Source of the DNA: Magallana gigas | Lineage: Eukaryota | Assembly (NCBI RefSeq): GCF_963853765.1 | Contig: NC_088855.1 | Location: 51,646,001-51,710,000, forward strand | Length of the DNA stretch: 64,000 nt | Direction: 5' to 3' | Shown here: piece by piece, positions 10,453 to 25,024 of the stretch | Layout: each line of letters begins with the position of its first letter | How positions within the stretch are numbered: position 1 is the stretch's first letter | Notes under the pieces: model-generated | Database searches by the model: none | What the model saw: the letters and a program-made list of their open reading frames with translations, nothing else | Told to the model about the DNA's origin: nothing | Translations under genes and position numbers: made by a program

Positions 10453-13400
10453 AATATGTATACATAATCGCATATGGTTTACTTACACCTGTTTCTTAAT
10501 TTGCTCGCACACATGGAAGAGAATTTGAAAATAGGTAGTTTTCAAGATGAAATCATTGACAATATCGTCTTGTCACAAGTACAAATGAGATTTCGTGCGA
10601 ATATCTTTTTGTAGAACTTAGTCTGAGTCAGTTATCCGTGTTTAATACGAGCAAATTTAATCTGCAGGAATATCTTACAATGGACAATCTTTCTTTTGAT
10701 TCAATTAAGTAAAATTGATAAAAATAAAAATTTGATAAATTTGGTAAATGTTTTACTCGTAAGTTGTGGTAGGATTAAAAAAATATGTGGGTTTATATAG
10801 ATAACCCATACTTGTAACAAAAGACAGCACGCCAACTATGGTACAAGTTAAACTGACATGAAATGAATCAACCTGTAAATCAATAAAAGTTGTTCAGATA
10901 AAAGTTTTTCGATAATGACCGTGGCTTTAATTCTCGGGTTCTTTTTGATTTGTCTAGATTTCTATTGGATAGATTCTGAATGCAGATCGGTAAAAAAAAT
11001 TGACACATCTCATGGCCAAATACAATAATACGTTTTAATCCTAATGAAGGTAAAGTTTTTACATTAGTATAAATCATAATTTCTTTTTTATGACTATTGA
11101 TGATAAACATTTATCAGGTTCTTAAACATCAAATTAAAAAATGTTTTTTTGTGATAATTATTGTTTGTATATATTTCTTACAGTGATCTCTCTTCGTGCA
11201 TAAAATTTGTGCTTCGTGCTCTCTGTATATAACGTACATAATTTGTATACTTTTGTATACAAATATTGTTTCGGGTTGAGGGCAGCATTGATTATGTAAG
11301 CCCTGGGGGACAAGATTTTGCCTGATGCGAATTGAACGGCAATATATTCGCCCCCCCCCCCCCATTTATTTTGTTGTGAAAAAATCCCAAACAATTCTAA
11401 AATAAAAAAAAAATTGAGCATGAATATTTGTCTATTTAGATTTATATAGTGAGAATATAACATATCACAATCAAAATTATTTTTATGAATCTGTATCTGT
11501 ATTTACTGTTCAAATTAGGAGTAGCATTATTAACATTTTTTGTGAAGCAAACCTTGACGTGATTTAAAATCTATTTAAACGAATCAATGCAACTGCAATA
11601 AGTTTATATATCAGAAAAATAGTTAATCCACTGATTAAAACACGATCTTATCATCTCCGGGTCTCTTTTGAATGTACTGTATACACAAAAAAGCACATTT
11701 TTTCCCATCCATTTCATGTTAAAAGCATTCATTCATATGCTGTATGTTGTATTAAGTAGTCAAATAGCGGGTTAAATCTAAGGCAAACGCATTACAATGT
11801 TATATAATTTCTAATCAGATACCCCTTTTATTTTAATATTTGTTTTATCCATCAATGAATTGTGGTGTTGTCACTGAAATCAACAACATGACTGTAAGCA
11901 TTTTCCTCCATTTCCTATGATAATCTACTTTTAATTGAATGACAACGTAGATTTCTTCGTCGGTGTTGGATCGTCCAGGTCGTGTATTATAGGCAGCATT
12001 ATATATCGTTTCATTTGATTCAATAATCAAGTTATTGTCAGAAGGCGTTTTATTCATCTTTGGTGAAGCTCTATGCTGAGTCATGGACTCCACAAATATG
12101 GCTGACTCTCCTACCGGTGAGTAATCTGCCACTCCATCCTAAAGATTTATACATTGAAAAGGTCAATTGTTCTGAATAAATTCACATATTTTCGTGATAC
12201 TTTATGTTCGTTATCAATGAAATTATTCAGTAAATCAAGCACTAAAATTTGTAAAATTACTAGATACACAACATTCCTTGTTTCAGGTTTATATATTTTT
12301 TTGAATTGCATGATTTTAAAATATTTTTGTCGATCTCCTACTGTAAGTGTCAAAAAATTAAAAAAAAACCTCAACATACTCTATTTGTTTTACTTGCACC
12401 AAAGTACTTATGATTGGATCTTTTTTTGTCGGGCTTTTGATCGTCTAAATAAAACAAAATCTTTTATGGAATGATCAATAAAGAGTTCAGTGAATGACAA
12501 GACAGAAAACAGGCAAAAGAAATGACATATGCAATACCAGAAACATAGAGACATATTTAAAAAAATCAATTTCGTAAATTATATCTAAAATTAGTATTTC
12601 TCCTATCCCTGTAAACCCCAAGATAAGGATAACTACAACCAGTTCCACTACCAACTAACTTATTTTTACCGTTTCCGACAAGTGTGGATGTAATTGATCT
12701 ACTGGAAATGGTCCAGTTTTATTAGACACTACTTCTGTGGAAGCTGTAGATACATGTAGGTCCGAATATGTAACGGCAACGGTGTCCATCAAAGTACTTC
12801 ATGTCGTTCCTGAATCGGTAATTGTCTCGCCTTTTTTATTAAAATTATGACAATGCATTTCTAGGTAACTGTACAACAATTTTCATTCGAAAAGACTTTA
12901 TTTTGTGTTTGACCGATAATAAACTAGTTTGTGGTATATTATTTATGCGACAACAGAGATTTTCTGTCACAAATGATGCATATATATAAATTGAAGGGCA
13001 GGTTTTTTTTTCGTACAAACGTTCAAAAACGACAAATTAAACCTAACTTTGCTTGAGATTCATGATTATTAATAAAAGTTGGACCAAAGTATGTTTGCTA
13101 GACTATGTATGTGTGCTCCTATGAATTATAGAAGGAAAATATGATAAAAATATTTGTTTGTCCAAAATTTTTGATATTGTTAATAAACGATAGAAATTAT
13201 CATTAATAAAACTTTCGATACAAATAATTACATATTTATTTTAAAACATGAAATAAAAAATCATTGAATACGTGCTATAACTCCAAGTGTTTTATTTTAC
13301 ACGAAAAATTACAACAGCAAAAATATTTGTACATTTATACATACCGGTATTTATCCATTGATAAAAACATAACAAGTATATAATATTGCTGACCATGTGC

Positions 13401-13715
13401 AGATACCTGATGGGCTATGTCATAATGACACGAGGGAGCGTAGTTTCCGACTGTCATTAAGGCCACGTCCATCGAGTATATGCACATAATTACCAATATT
13501 AAACGGGGTAAGTTCTTGTACCACAGTTAACAATCATTCATTACATCTTACATCTTCAAAGAATTAAACTTATTAACACAAATTTATGTTTACGAGCCCT
13601 TAGTTTTGAATTTTCTTTTTGAAATTAGATTAAAATTGATGATGATTTAGTCACTTTTTTTCAAAACCCATTTGATACTTTGTATCAATAATAGATAAGT
13701 ATGTTTTTAAAAATG

Positions 13716-13879
13716 NNNNNNNNNNNNNNNNNNNNNNNNNNNNNNNNNNNNNNNNNNNNNNNNNNNNNNNNNNNNNNNNNNNNNNNNNNNNNNNNNNNNN
13801 NNNNNNNNNNNNNNNNNNNNNNNNNNNNNNNNNNNNNNNNNNNNNNNNNNNNNNNNNNNNNNNNNNNNNNNNNNNNNNN
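13716..13879. other. Assembly gap (N run)
   Basis: 164 consecutive N. Confidence 0.99.
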
Positions 13880-13880
13880 T

Positions 13881-14018
<138 letters not shown>

Positions 14019-14112
14019 TCATTACACGGTCGTTTGAGATACAGGTGGAATACAGTTAAACAACAAACGAGTAAATCATCATCTATTTCATATAATTTTA
14101 TATTAATCTTAT

Positions 14113-14118
<6 letters not shown>

Positions 14119-14161
<43 letters not shown>
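14119..14161. repeat. (TA)n microsatellite
   Basis: About 20 TA units read directly. Confidence 0.9.
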
Positions 14162-14164
<3 letters not shown>

Positions 14165-14676
14165 ACTATTTACAGGATACCCCTATTTCATCTTACACGT
14201 GATTCTCTACTTGTTCGCAGACATGGAGGGAAATATTAATGATAAAGAGTCATTCTGAAAAAAAAAATCCGTTGCCGATATTGTTTCGCTCAAGCAACAA
14301 ATGAGGTTTATTCGACTATCTAAGTTTGAGTTAGTTATCCGTGTTGAGTGTTTTGCAACTTTGATCCGTAGGAATCTCTTACTGTGAACAGTATAATTAA
14401 CGTGTTAGAAAACAACATTATTTTTGATGATAGAATACACGCCAAGCATTGGTACGATGTACCAACTCTCATCAATTTTGATACCCAAACCCTTGGATAT
14501 ATCGACTGTGAATTTAGTCTCACCAAGTTCTAGATACTGGAGTAGTACTGTAGTAGAGTGATATTGTTACTGTTTGACAATTTTCAAACAAATTGATTAC
14601 CTTCATTGTATGATAAAATGCGGGTTCCCTCCCAACAGCGAGATCCGTTAAATGTTAATGTTTTTCCATCCTCTTA

Positions 14677-15018
<342 letters not shown>

Positions 15019-17104
15019 TCATTATTTAGTTAGAATGTAATTGATCATCAGTAAAGGAATATTTTAAACAAGTCTTTTTTTAAAATTTATAGAATAAAAA
15101 TATTCCGAAATATTACCGACCCTGTAATGATTCAATCTCAAAGAATCAAAATATTCATTAATTTTAAACAAATATACATGGCATATCTTTTTGCAATGAT
15201 TAAACAGTTGTTATGTGCGTAATCGTAATTCAAGCGCTATTTGATTTAAGTTAACAGGCTAGCACCCTCTTGTTATATACATTAGCTATATTTTAAAGAA
15301 AAATATGCATAAATTATTTGCTGAGTATTGGTGACAAGTAATATTTTATTTGAATCTAAACTAAAACAGTTTTCTTGCGTAAGTTTTAAAGATATATGTA
15401 TAAAGTTTTATATTGAATGACGTAAAAATTAGCTTTCACTATCAAGTAAGTGATATTTCATCGATTTAGAATAAAACTTGATTGCAATCACAATCTGGCT
15501 AATGCAAACATTACGGCTTAATTTAAATATTTAAAAAAAATATCTCAATTAAACTTCCTAATTAAACACTGATGAAGTATCAATTACATTTTTATCTTTT
15601 TCATTCCCATTGGGATTATCTTTTATTTTGATTACAAATGCACATGCATTTGGTGATATTGCAATTGACTAGTTGACTTGCTTGCTGTCGAAGGAATTTT
15701 TCAATCATAAGAACTATTTCTTTTGACATTTATTCACACTAGTCCTCCATTCAATGAATCGTATTTCTTCTTAATGGTAGAGTATTCTAATGTGTAATTC
15801 TGAAAGGGAGAATACAAAAACGATGAAAAAAGCATAACGTATAGGGATATTGATTTTAAAAAATGAAATTAACTCTACGCAACTCTAAAGGATAAAGATA
15901 AAGGATTCTGATAAGCAGAAGAAACTGGGTGTACCGTGTTAGCCATGATTCCGCGTAGTATTCTTTGATGTAGGGGTTGTTCTAGCATACAATAAAAGGT
16001 CAAGTAACTTGATTAAGATTACAAATTGCGCTAGTCCATGATTGATGTTCAATTTTGGAGGTTGTACCAAAACTTACTAGTAGGGGTTTTACTGTGTTAA
16101 CTGTAAAACTGTGATTGTGTACTTTTATTCAGTTGAAACATGAACTTATATAGTGATCCCCTAAAACACCAAACAAAAACTGTTCAAACAACGATAATAA
16201 CGTATAAAACAAACCGTAGTCACGTCACCAGTGTTTACGACTTTAGCATTGCATATGCCTCTCCTGATTTGTATCCTGTTAATCTACAATAAGAGACGTA
16301 TATCAAGAAAGAAGTTAAGAGGATACACAGGGACCAAGCCCGTTTTAACATTAATTTCAATGTAACCATAAATAAAGAAAGGGGTCGAATTCTGACCCAG
16401 ATGAAATCTACCAGCTCGCTTCAAAAGACAAATAAATCAATTTTTATAACATTCGCAAAATGCATATATTTTTCAGAATAGCGTTGTCTGAAGTACACTC
16501 ATGGCGAATTTCAAGACAGTGGGTCTTAACATAGCGGATATACATGTATATGTATACGTCATTATTCTCTCAAAGTCGCCAGTTTATTTCTACTCGGACA
16601 ATTACCGGACCGTTGATTTACCGGGGTATATTACCAACGAAAGCGAAATTAAATCCTCAACGAATATTTCTGCTTCTACAGTATGAAAAGAAGTGATAGC
16701 AACGGAAAATAACACTTCTTCTACCCCCCCCCCCCACCACACACACACACTTTTAATGTAGGTGTTTTAAGACAAGTCTTCAAACTGTTTGGTTTTTTAA
16801 AACTTAAGTTAAAATATATTAAAGTGACAGCCTGAACTGTCTGTCGAGACTTCTATCCGTACTTTTACAATAAAATAGATTTAGAAATGTGTAGGAGAGA
16901 CTTCTTTCAGGTAACAGAAAATAAGTTGTGTATCTTCAATAATTCAGCCGTATGTTTACTTGTGAAAACATATCGTTTCATCGCAAAATTCCTCAATTTT
17001 CATTCACATTTTACACTTGCGTCTTAAAAAGTTCCCACGTTTTAATCCCGCTATTGATTTATAGTTATAGTTTTGTTAAGGTAACATTCACTTGTAACTA
17101 CGTT

Positions 17105-17525
17105 GGTAAGGCTTCAATTAATGAGTGATCCGTCAGTCGATTTATCAAAATCACCCGACAGACCAGCGATCCTCGGTCAATTTTCGGTCGTCAATCGGTG
17201 TCTACCGGCCGACAATAAAGTAATCCTAAACGCCTTAATGTCGACCAACCAACGACAGACAGAAAAAAAACCTGTCTTTTGATGGTTGGACAAAGATCGA
17301 CGGTTGGTCGACGGATTATTCAACCGAAGAAATCGACCATCGTCGAAGAAAATGTTATTACTTGGCCCGACGGACACAAAATTGGTCAGCCGACGAAAAA
17401 GCAGGTCGAAATCGGCTAAGACAACGGCTGATGAACTGCCGACTGTCGCTCGAAGAATTCCATTTTTGCTTGAAACCAGTCGGCCGCTGGTCGTTATTTT
17501 TTTTAATGTGACTGAGGTTTGAGTA
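17105..17525. repeat. GC-richer interspersed repeat rich in CCGA/TCGG motifs, probable non-autonomous DNA element
   Basis: Abrupt composition change with many cgac/gtcg/ccga words; right end tgtgactgagg looks like a TIR remnant; no recognisable protein in the overlapping ORFs. Confidence 0.4.
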
Positions 17526-20500
17526 AGAAATATTAGCTTTGCGTTCACTCGAACTGTATTGGTAAATATTAATGCAATGCAATTATCAAGTCAAAGCTGA
17601 AACAAAAAGAATAACAACTTACTCTATATTGGATAATTCTCCACTGACCCAGGAATTTATTATTAATTAATACATGTACATGTCAATTCTCGACAAAAAT
17701 ATCGTTATTTTTTAAAATCAACATAATGACAACATTCACAGTATACGAACAAAGCTGCGTTTTACAAAAGAACTTTATTCTCATTGATTGATCTTTAATA
17801 AACAAAATTTATGAAAAACTGTTAATTCACAACTATTTTGATTTCTATAATAATATTTTATTAACGGCACTAATTTGAAACACTGATTAATTTGTTATCA
17901 ATTAGCATCCGTTAATTTGGTCGTAAGTCGATTGAAAGTAAATCCTGTTAACTTTATTTACGCCCACGCTTGTTTTCGTAACACAGAACAGATCTCATGT
18001 TTTCATTTATTTTTGGTAAAAATGATGGAAAATAACTAGACTCAAATTCAACATAACAAATAGAACACAGACGGCATCGTAGCACGAGGTAACTTAAAAA
18101 TCTATCACACGTATACATTTGTGAAATCACATGACATTTCAATGATACGTACTAAAAATAGTCAAGGAAAGCTTTTGAAAGGAAGGTATCTAATTTATAA
18201 CAAGATTAAATTTAAAAAAAAATGAAACTTAATTGTATACTGTACATTAAAGGATGGTACTTTGAAAACAATATTACATCAAGTTTTAAAATAGCAATAA
18301 TATGTCTTTAGTTTTACATGAGTACAACAAAATAGGTATAAAAATAAACTCCGACAAACGAATAAGAAGTTTCTGTTGACTTTGTAGCTAAAAGGGATTT
18401 GGCAGCATTTTATTTTAAAGACGGCAGTCAGTTTTGCAAGCATACAAACTTCAACTATAGCATTTTAACAGTAAAGATTACATAAGAAATATTTTCATTG
18501 TCTTCTTCGTTTTTACATGGAAGTTTATTTCTGGAAATACCCATCTTAGAAAGAAACAAGTTAACCTATTTTTACATCCTGCATTAAGATATCATGGTAG
18601 CAAAATTATACAGTATTAATCATATCTCTCCAAATTTTGCTAATGAAATTGAGCTATGTTTCTTTTTTAAATGTAAGCTTGCAGATAAAAAAATGTTATA
18701 TACTATTCTTGTTTAAACGTTAAAAAAATATTAAAAGCAATTGAACATTTCGCTTACGATTTAAGTGTTGCCGAAAAAAAAACACGTGTCCATAACATCC
18801 TCAGTGCATCATTTCTGTTCCAAAAATGGCATTTCATTTATTGACACTTAAAACATTACTAATTTCGTAGTTCTCTATTGCTTCACACACGTGAAGATCT
18901 GAATGGGCGGAAACATGTTCCAAGTTTTCATAAGGAAATTTTTTGTGACCTAAGAGACCACTTGACTCTTTTTCCTTAACTGTATAGACCAAAATAACTG
19001 TAACTTATGTGTATCCTGAGTTACACCCCTCCCCCAAATGAAAAAAAAAACCACTCGCAAAAAAGAAACCCAAAATACGAAAACAAAAGGAAACAAAAAG
19101 ACGAAGATCAATTTAGATGAGATCGTTATAATTACAAGTGTTAAATCTACAAATGTATACTCAGTCACATCAGAACCAAAACATGGTAATGACTGTTTCT
19201 AGTTGTTTAAGTCCATAGTAAGCAAGAAATATCAAAAGGCAAATATCTATTCAATAACTTTCATATTACCAATTCATTCAGAAATTATAAATATAGTTTA
19301 ACATACAATATATCATTACAACATTATAAAAAATAAACGATAAAACAGTTCAATATTTAACAACAACTTTTTTTAACAATTTAATGATGATAGCAATTTT
19401 ACAAATTTCAAAATCTGTTCATAAGCATATTCGTATTCTATAATCGAATAATTGAGTGCATTCATATCATTGGCTGTTTTAGTTCATTATACGTACATTA
19501 GGAAACATAAAATTTGTTTTTATTTTTGTTATGAGATTTACAATTTTCAATTGTTGATATCTTATAAGCAATAAAAGACAGTGGATATTAAAAGATCTGG
19601 CATTTCGTAGCAAAAGATAACTTAAAGATTTTAATCTGGTGAATTGTGAAACTAACTTTCGAGACGATCGGTTAAGAAATCGGACAGGTAAATGATTTTT
19701 TTAAATCTAAAAATTATTTAAATAGTATTAAATCTTAATGCATAAAAGTTTCATCAAAATATCTAGGGTTGAATTAATTAGACACGGCCTCGTTAAAAGT
19801 AATAATAGGTAATTTCATATTGAAGAACTGAAACACTTATGGCAGTTTATTTAATGGTGTCTTGTTTTCCCATCTAAATCTTAGGTAGCTAAACACAGTT
19901 TCGTATAAAATCCAGGGTTTTTTTTCTCTGGGAAAAAGCATGATGGGTAGCGATTTTCCTGCTATTTTTATGCGGTATACATGAAAATTAATTTTTTAAA
20001 ATTTCAGTTGCATAATATAGTGGATTATCTTTCGAATACATGAAAAAAGTATGTAGAAAAATTTTAAAAATTCATTTTGTGAGACTCTAAAATAAAGGGA
20101 GGTAACTCCAAAAAACATCCGGATTTTACACATGCAGAAATTCATAGAATTTTAATTTTTAATGGGTAACATAGCTCTTTTAAAAGCTAGCGAATGTACC
20201 CTGAAAATACAATACAATGATGCCTAAGGATTTGTTCTTGAAAATGTATAGAAATTAAAATAGCTGATTTGGTTGTATTCTGCTTTTAGAGGGAGCCTAA
20301 AATGCATGGGTGTACTGCATTTAAAGGCATCCTTTTGTCTATTTTCCGCATGTTTTGAGTGCCAAATAAATTCTAGCATTAAGTTTCATGTGGAATATTC
20401 TTAAATATTAAAAAAATTCACGATTTTATCTTTCTATTGATATATAGATATATATGTAACATGTTTTTAAAATTTATTTTTATAGGGGTCAGTTTTGCTT

Positions 20501-20529
20501 GCCCCTCATCTGAAAACGTTCTTATAACG

Positions 20530-21181
20530 TTACATATAAAATGTGTTTTGCACCCTTAGAAAGATATACGAAAGAAAAATGACAGCAGCAACACATAGTA
20601 ATAAAATGATAGCTATGGTAATGTTAGCATTGGTATTGCCTTTATTCCCGACGCTCGTCGTACACCGATCCTTTGGTTTTAAAGTTGCGGTCAGTATTTT
20701 TACATCGACTCTTGACGCTGTGACATTTTTTGAAAAAGTAATATTCTTCACTGGGTGCTTGGTCGTTATCGTACCATTTCCTAGAAGATGAATAATAATA
20801 ATACCAAGATTTATTGAGCTATATCATTCACATACATATTCGGACAAACAATCACGAAAATACACGATTTTTGTTTTCATCATAGGAAAAAAAGGTTTAT
20901 GTCATAAAAATAAAAAAACATGCGTACTTATTTGAATAAAATTATTAAAAGAGCACCTCTATTGTAGTGGACTGTAAGGTTTCCCGAGCAGCAGGTTGTT
21001 GAATTTCTGTACAACACAACAAAGTCTGAGTTTGTCACGGTCATATTGTACTGAATTCCAGCTGTACAACCAGACCAGTCTACAGTTGACACATTCACTG
21101 CTGTCTCTATTTTGACGTTAGAACACGAACTGCACCAGTTCACGTAAGAACAAAGAAGTATTTGAATGCTGAATTCCATAA
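20530..21181 (-). CDS. Locus B1: 6-Cys ectodomain, Thr-rich stalk, TM and ~10 aa tail (157 aa from the exon ATG)
   Basis: Domain exon 21181-20957 (phase 1-1) splices in frame to 20780-20530 (GNGTITTK...NITIAIILLLCVAAVIFLSYIFLRVQNTFYM*). Confidence 0.8.
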
Positions 21182-23045
21182 CTTATAAATAAGTGGTTCC
21201 ACTTTTCAACCAACCTCGCCTATCAATTTATTGAAGTATACTAGTTGATACAACAATGCAATTGGTAAAATACTTTACTTCAGAATTCATACGGAACTCG
21301 CCCATCAATCTATTGAAGTATACTGGTTGATACAACAAAATCATTGCATGCAATCAGTAATATACTTCAGTATTCATAAGGAAGCGAGATACAGGACATA
21401 ATTCGTACTGACGAGCAACTAATGCTAGCCACTCCTTAAAAAATAGAAGATTGATTCTCATTTCTGTAGATGCCCAAATTGAAATTCTGTTCAAACATTT
21501 ACAGCTTTTAAATTTATCTTTAATGTATTTATTAATAATAATGATATTTCATATATTAGGAGAGACTTGACAGTTAAAGAAATCTAAATACATCAGAAAC
21601 ATATCCAAACCAGTCGCAAATTAAAGATATATAAATAGAGCCAGAAGGCCTTATGATAGATTTGATAACGCCCGACCGAACAAATCACCTTATAATATTC
21701 AAATAATGATTCCTTATTACTTTCATCGTTAGAATTTATTGGACTATATACTACATACTATAAACCATTCGTAGTGTTTTCACAAAAACACTAAAAAATG
21801 TAAATATATGTATTTTTGGATATCTATATTTAGTTCAATTTCAATAGTAAGAAAAAACATCTAATTGTACTTTCATATATTTTGATCGTTACTTTATTTA
21901 GATTCTAACATGTCCGCCATTTTTTATATGACATTTATGAGGGCTGGATAGTCGTGACCATTTATAGACTTTATAAATCTCCTTGAAAAGAAGAGCTCTG
22001 TAGAAAGATATAGGGACACTTTGGAACTTTTAAGTAAATATTTATGGAATTATCCTTTAAACATTTACATGCTAAACAATTCATTTTTTTATAATTGAAG
22101 GTGGGTCTGGTTGCTAATTGTGTTGACCACCCATGCTCTTTAAAGTGACAAAGATTTGCTATCTTAAATTACCATTGCAAAATAAACTTGAGCTACTAAT
22201 TGTGCGTGTCAGTCTATTTTTTTACAATCAACATTCCTTTAAAATAGCCTTTTTGCGTACAATTCAAGTGACTAGATAATTCAAATTCAATATAAGAACA
22301 CTCATCTGAAAGCATTTTAATTCTTGTATATAATTATTTAGAGTTTTATTCTGATAACCGAACAGCCTTAGAAAACCAGAGGCAGTTTAGTAAATAGTTA
22401 CGACGCGTTTACCATTGCTCTACTGCAGAAAAAACGGCACACATCTACTCGTGGATTCAAAACATCTTTAATCTACATACCTTTTGCATTCATAGTTATA
22501 TAGATGCATTATCTTTTTTTGAAGCAAGAAAAACAATCAATATTATCATATTTGAGGTATTTAAAGATCTCCTTTGGCTGTACATATTATTTTCATTTCT
22601 TTTCAAGCTTTCTCTTGGAGAAAAAATATTTATTATCAGATTAGGTAATTAAGAACCTTAATATGCTTTTTAAATTAAAAAAAATTGTTATCGTCAATGA
22701 ATTTGGTTAATTCAAGTACAATTTTCTAACTACAGTTAGCTCAACAAAAATTTGTCTTAAGAGATTTTTCCTCAGTAGAAATGACACGAATCCTAAGTAC
22801 ACAATTTATTGAAAAAATCAAAAGGATTCAAAACGAGTTTTTGCAAATTTTGAGTTCTTTTCCTTTTCATTAAAAAAATGACATGTGGTAATAAGAACAG
22901 TGTTTAAAATCAAAAGTCCAAAGGAAAAATACAAAACAAAAACATAGCAAACGCTGACCTCTAAAAAATTAGTAGAGGGTAGTTGCCATGGCGAAGTGAG
23001 CGAACCGGTCACATCCACCGCGTGGTCTTTGTCGTAATTGTAATA

Positions 23046-23270
23046 CTGTAAATTCCTTTTTTACGCGAGTACTTAATTCCGCGATTCCGCTGTTTTGTAT
23101 CAAATTGCGAGAATACAAAATCGAGATCACCAACTTTTTATTATAAATTCCTAGTTCAAAACGGTCTTTAAAAAAAGCGAGATTTTAAATTCCGCGAGGG
23201 TTACTTCTCGCGATTTAACGTGAAAATTTTTTACTCGCGTTTACATATGCATGTAAATAGGAATCTACAG
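23046..23270. mobile_element. Short TA-flanked MITE (Tc1/mariner-derived type)
   Basis: Termini TA-ctgtaaattcct ... aggaatctacag-t(t)a form a ~12 bp TIR with one mismatch; interior rich in cgcga words. Confidence 0.55.
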
Positions 23271-23537
23271 TTACTGAGACACTCTTTTTTATTTAATAAG
23301 TGGAGAAACTGTGTAGAGTATGATTCAGTGTTCATTATATTCTATAAAGGTAAATTTGAGGTAGATTAAGTGAAACATTAAAGAATCATTACAGTGTGAT
23401 AAATTACGTCAAAATTTGAAGAAAACGTTTTTCGTTTTTCATTTATGTATTGATTGTTCTTAAGACACGTTATGATTTGGACATATCTGTAATTCGGTTT
23501 TTTTAAACGTCAAGTTTTGAATACATCACAACATATT

Positions 23538-25024
23538 CTAGCGGAAAAAAGAAACTTTGCATTATAAAATTTTCTATATCTATTGTTTTTATTCATAAAA
23601 TTTAAACAATCGATAATGGTATTGTTTTTGACAATATAGAATGGTAACCGTCCGGGTGCACGGACTTTTTCATGGTTAGTGAGCACCTGTTGTTTATTGA
23701 AGAATTTGTACGCACGAGTTTTACGGGCCAATACTGTTTGGAATAAGAACTGTAAAGGATTTGTTTAAACTTTTTTTGTTAAGGAAATCACTTTAGTTTC
23801 AACAAAATTTACCCCTATGTCATTCCACGACTCAACGAAAACCAACGTAATCGTGTTTTTGGGATGCTGCAAGCTGGAATGGCACAAACTAAAGTAGCAA
23901 GACACTTTGGAGTTCATCGGAACACCATCCAGTCATTATGGAGATGTTTTCAACAATCTGGCAACATCCAGGATCGACCACGCTCTGGGCGACCTCGTGT
24001 GACGTCACGTCAACAGGACAACCACATTAGACTTGTGCATCTGAGAAATCGCTTCCAGACAGCAAGTTTGACTGCCCGTAGCATTCCAGGGCTTCGACCA
24101 ATTAGTCCAAGAACTGTGCGTAATCGTCTGATCAGACCAACACGTCCAGCGGTGCGCCCAGTCCTGCTTCAACGTCATCGTATCGCCAGACTAGCGTGGT
24201 GCACACGACATCTGCGTTTCAGAATACAGGACTGGGCCAATATTCTGTTCACTGATGAATCCAGATTTCATTTGGATAGCAGTGACGGCCGTTGTAGGGT
24301 GTATCGTCGCGTTCGGGAGCGTTACAAGGACGCTTGTGTTGTGCAACGTCGACAATTTGGTGGAGGTAGCGTTATGGTGTGGGGTGAAATATCAGCAAGT
24401 GGAAAGACCCCTCTACAAATTGTCAATGGAAATCTCGGCGTACGCTCTCGAGATGAAAATATTCAGCGTCATGTGATACCCTTCATCCAAAGACATCAAA
24501 ATCACATCACTCTGCAGCAAGACAACGCAATGCCACATGTTGCACGTATAGTCAGGGACTTGTTTGTTCAACAGAATGTCGATGTCTTGCCATGGCCAGT
24601 TGTTTCCCCCGATTTGTCGCCGATCGAGCACGTCTGGGATGAAATGGAAAGACGTTTATGCCGTTACCAAATCAGCCAGTGACATTGGCTGATTTAGGCC
24701 AGGCTTTAATCAACATCTGGAACAACATCCCTCAAGCATTTCTGAACACTTTAGTGGCATCAATGAGGCGTCGCTGTCAAGCATGCGTGAACGCAAATGG
24801 TGGTCAAGTGTTATTAATTTTGTTAATTCAATTTCAAATACTTTCTCGAAAGTGACTTTCGAGTGTGCTGAAATTGACGTTATTCGACGTTGACATTAAT
24901 GTGTTATGAGATGTTGTTACGAATACATGTGTTAACAGTATTACAAAAAATAAAATTTGTTCATTGTAATTTTTAATTTTTTTTTTCATATATTAAATAA
25001 TGCACAGTTTCTTTTTTCCGCTAG
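23538..25024 (+). mobile_element. Tc1-family (DD34E) DNA transposon, defective copy 1
   Basis: ~28 bp TIRs ctagcggaaaaaagaaact..gcatt, TA on the right side. Transposase with HTH, FTDESRF, QQDNAMPH and SPDLSPIEHVWD; 34 residues counted between D2 and E. Start codon mutated to ATT, frameshift near 24660. Confidence 0.92.
23864..24855 (+). pseudogene. Tc1 transposase, frameshifted
   Basis: ORFs 23864-24682 and 24658-24855 (LPNQPVTLADLGQAL...SMRRRCQACVNANGG) together give the full protein. Confidence 0.88.

Noticed and set aside
17177-17582. Overlapping ORFs on both strands
   Set aside because: Explained by a stop-poor GC-richer repeat; no domain motifs.
18950-19168. Hydrophobic minus ORF as a further TM exon
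   Set aside because: The hydrophobicity comes from T-rich low-complexity DNA; no family motif or clear splice sites.
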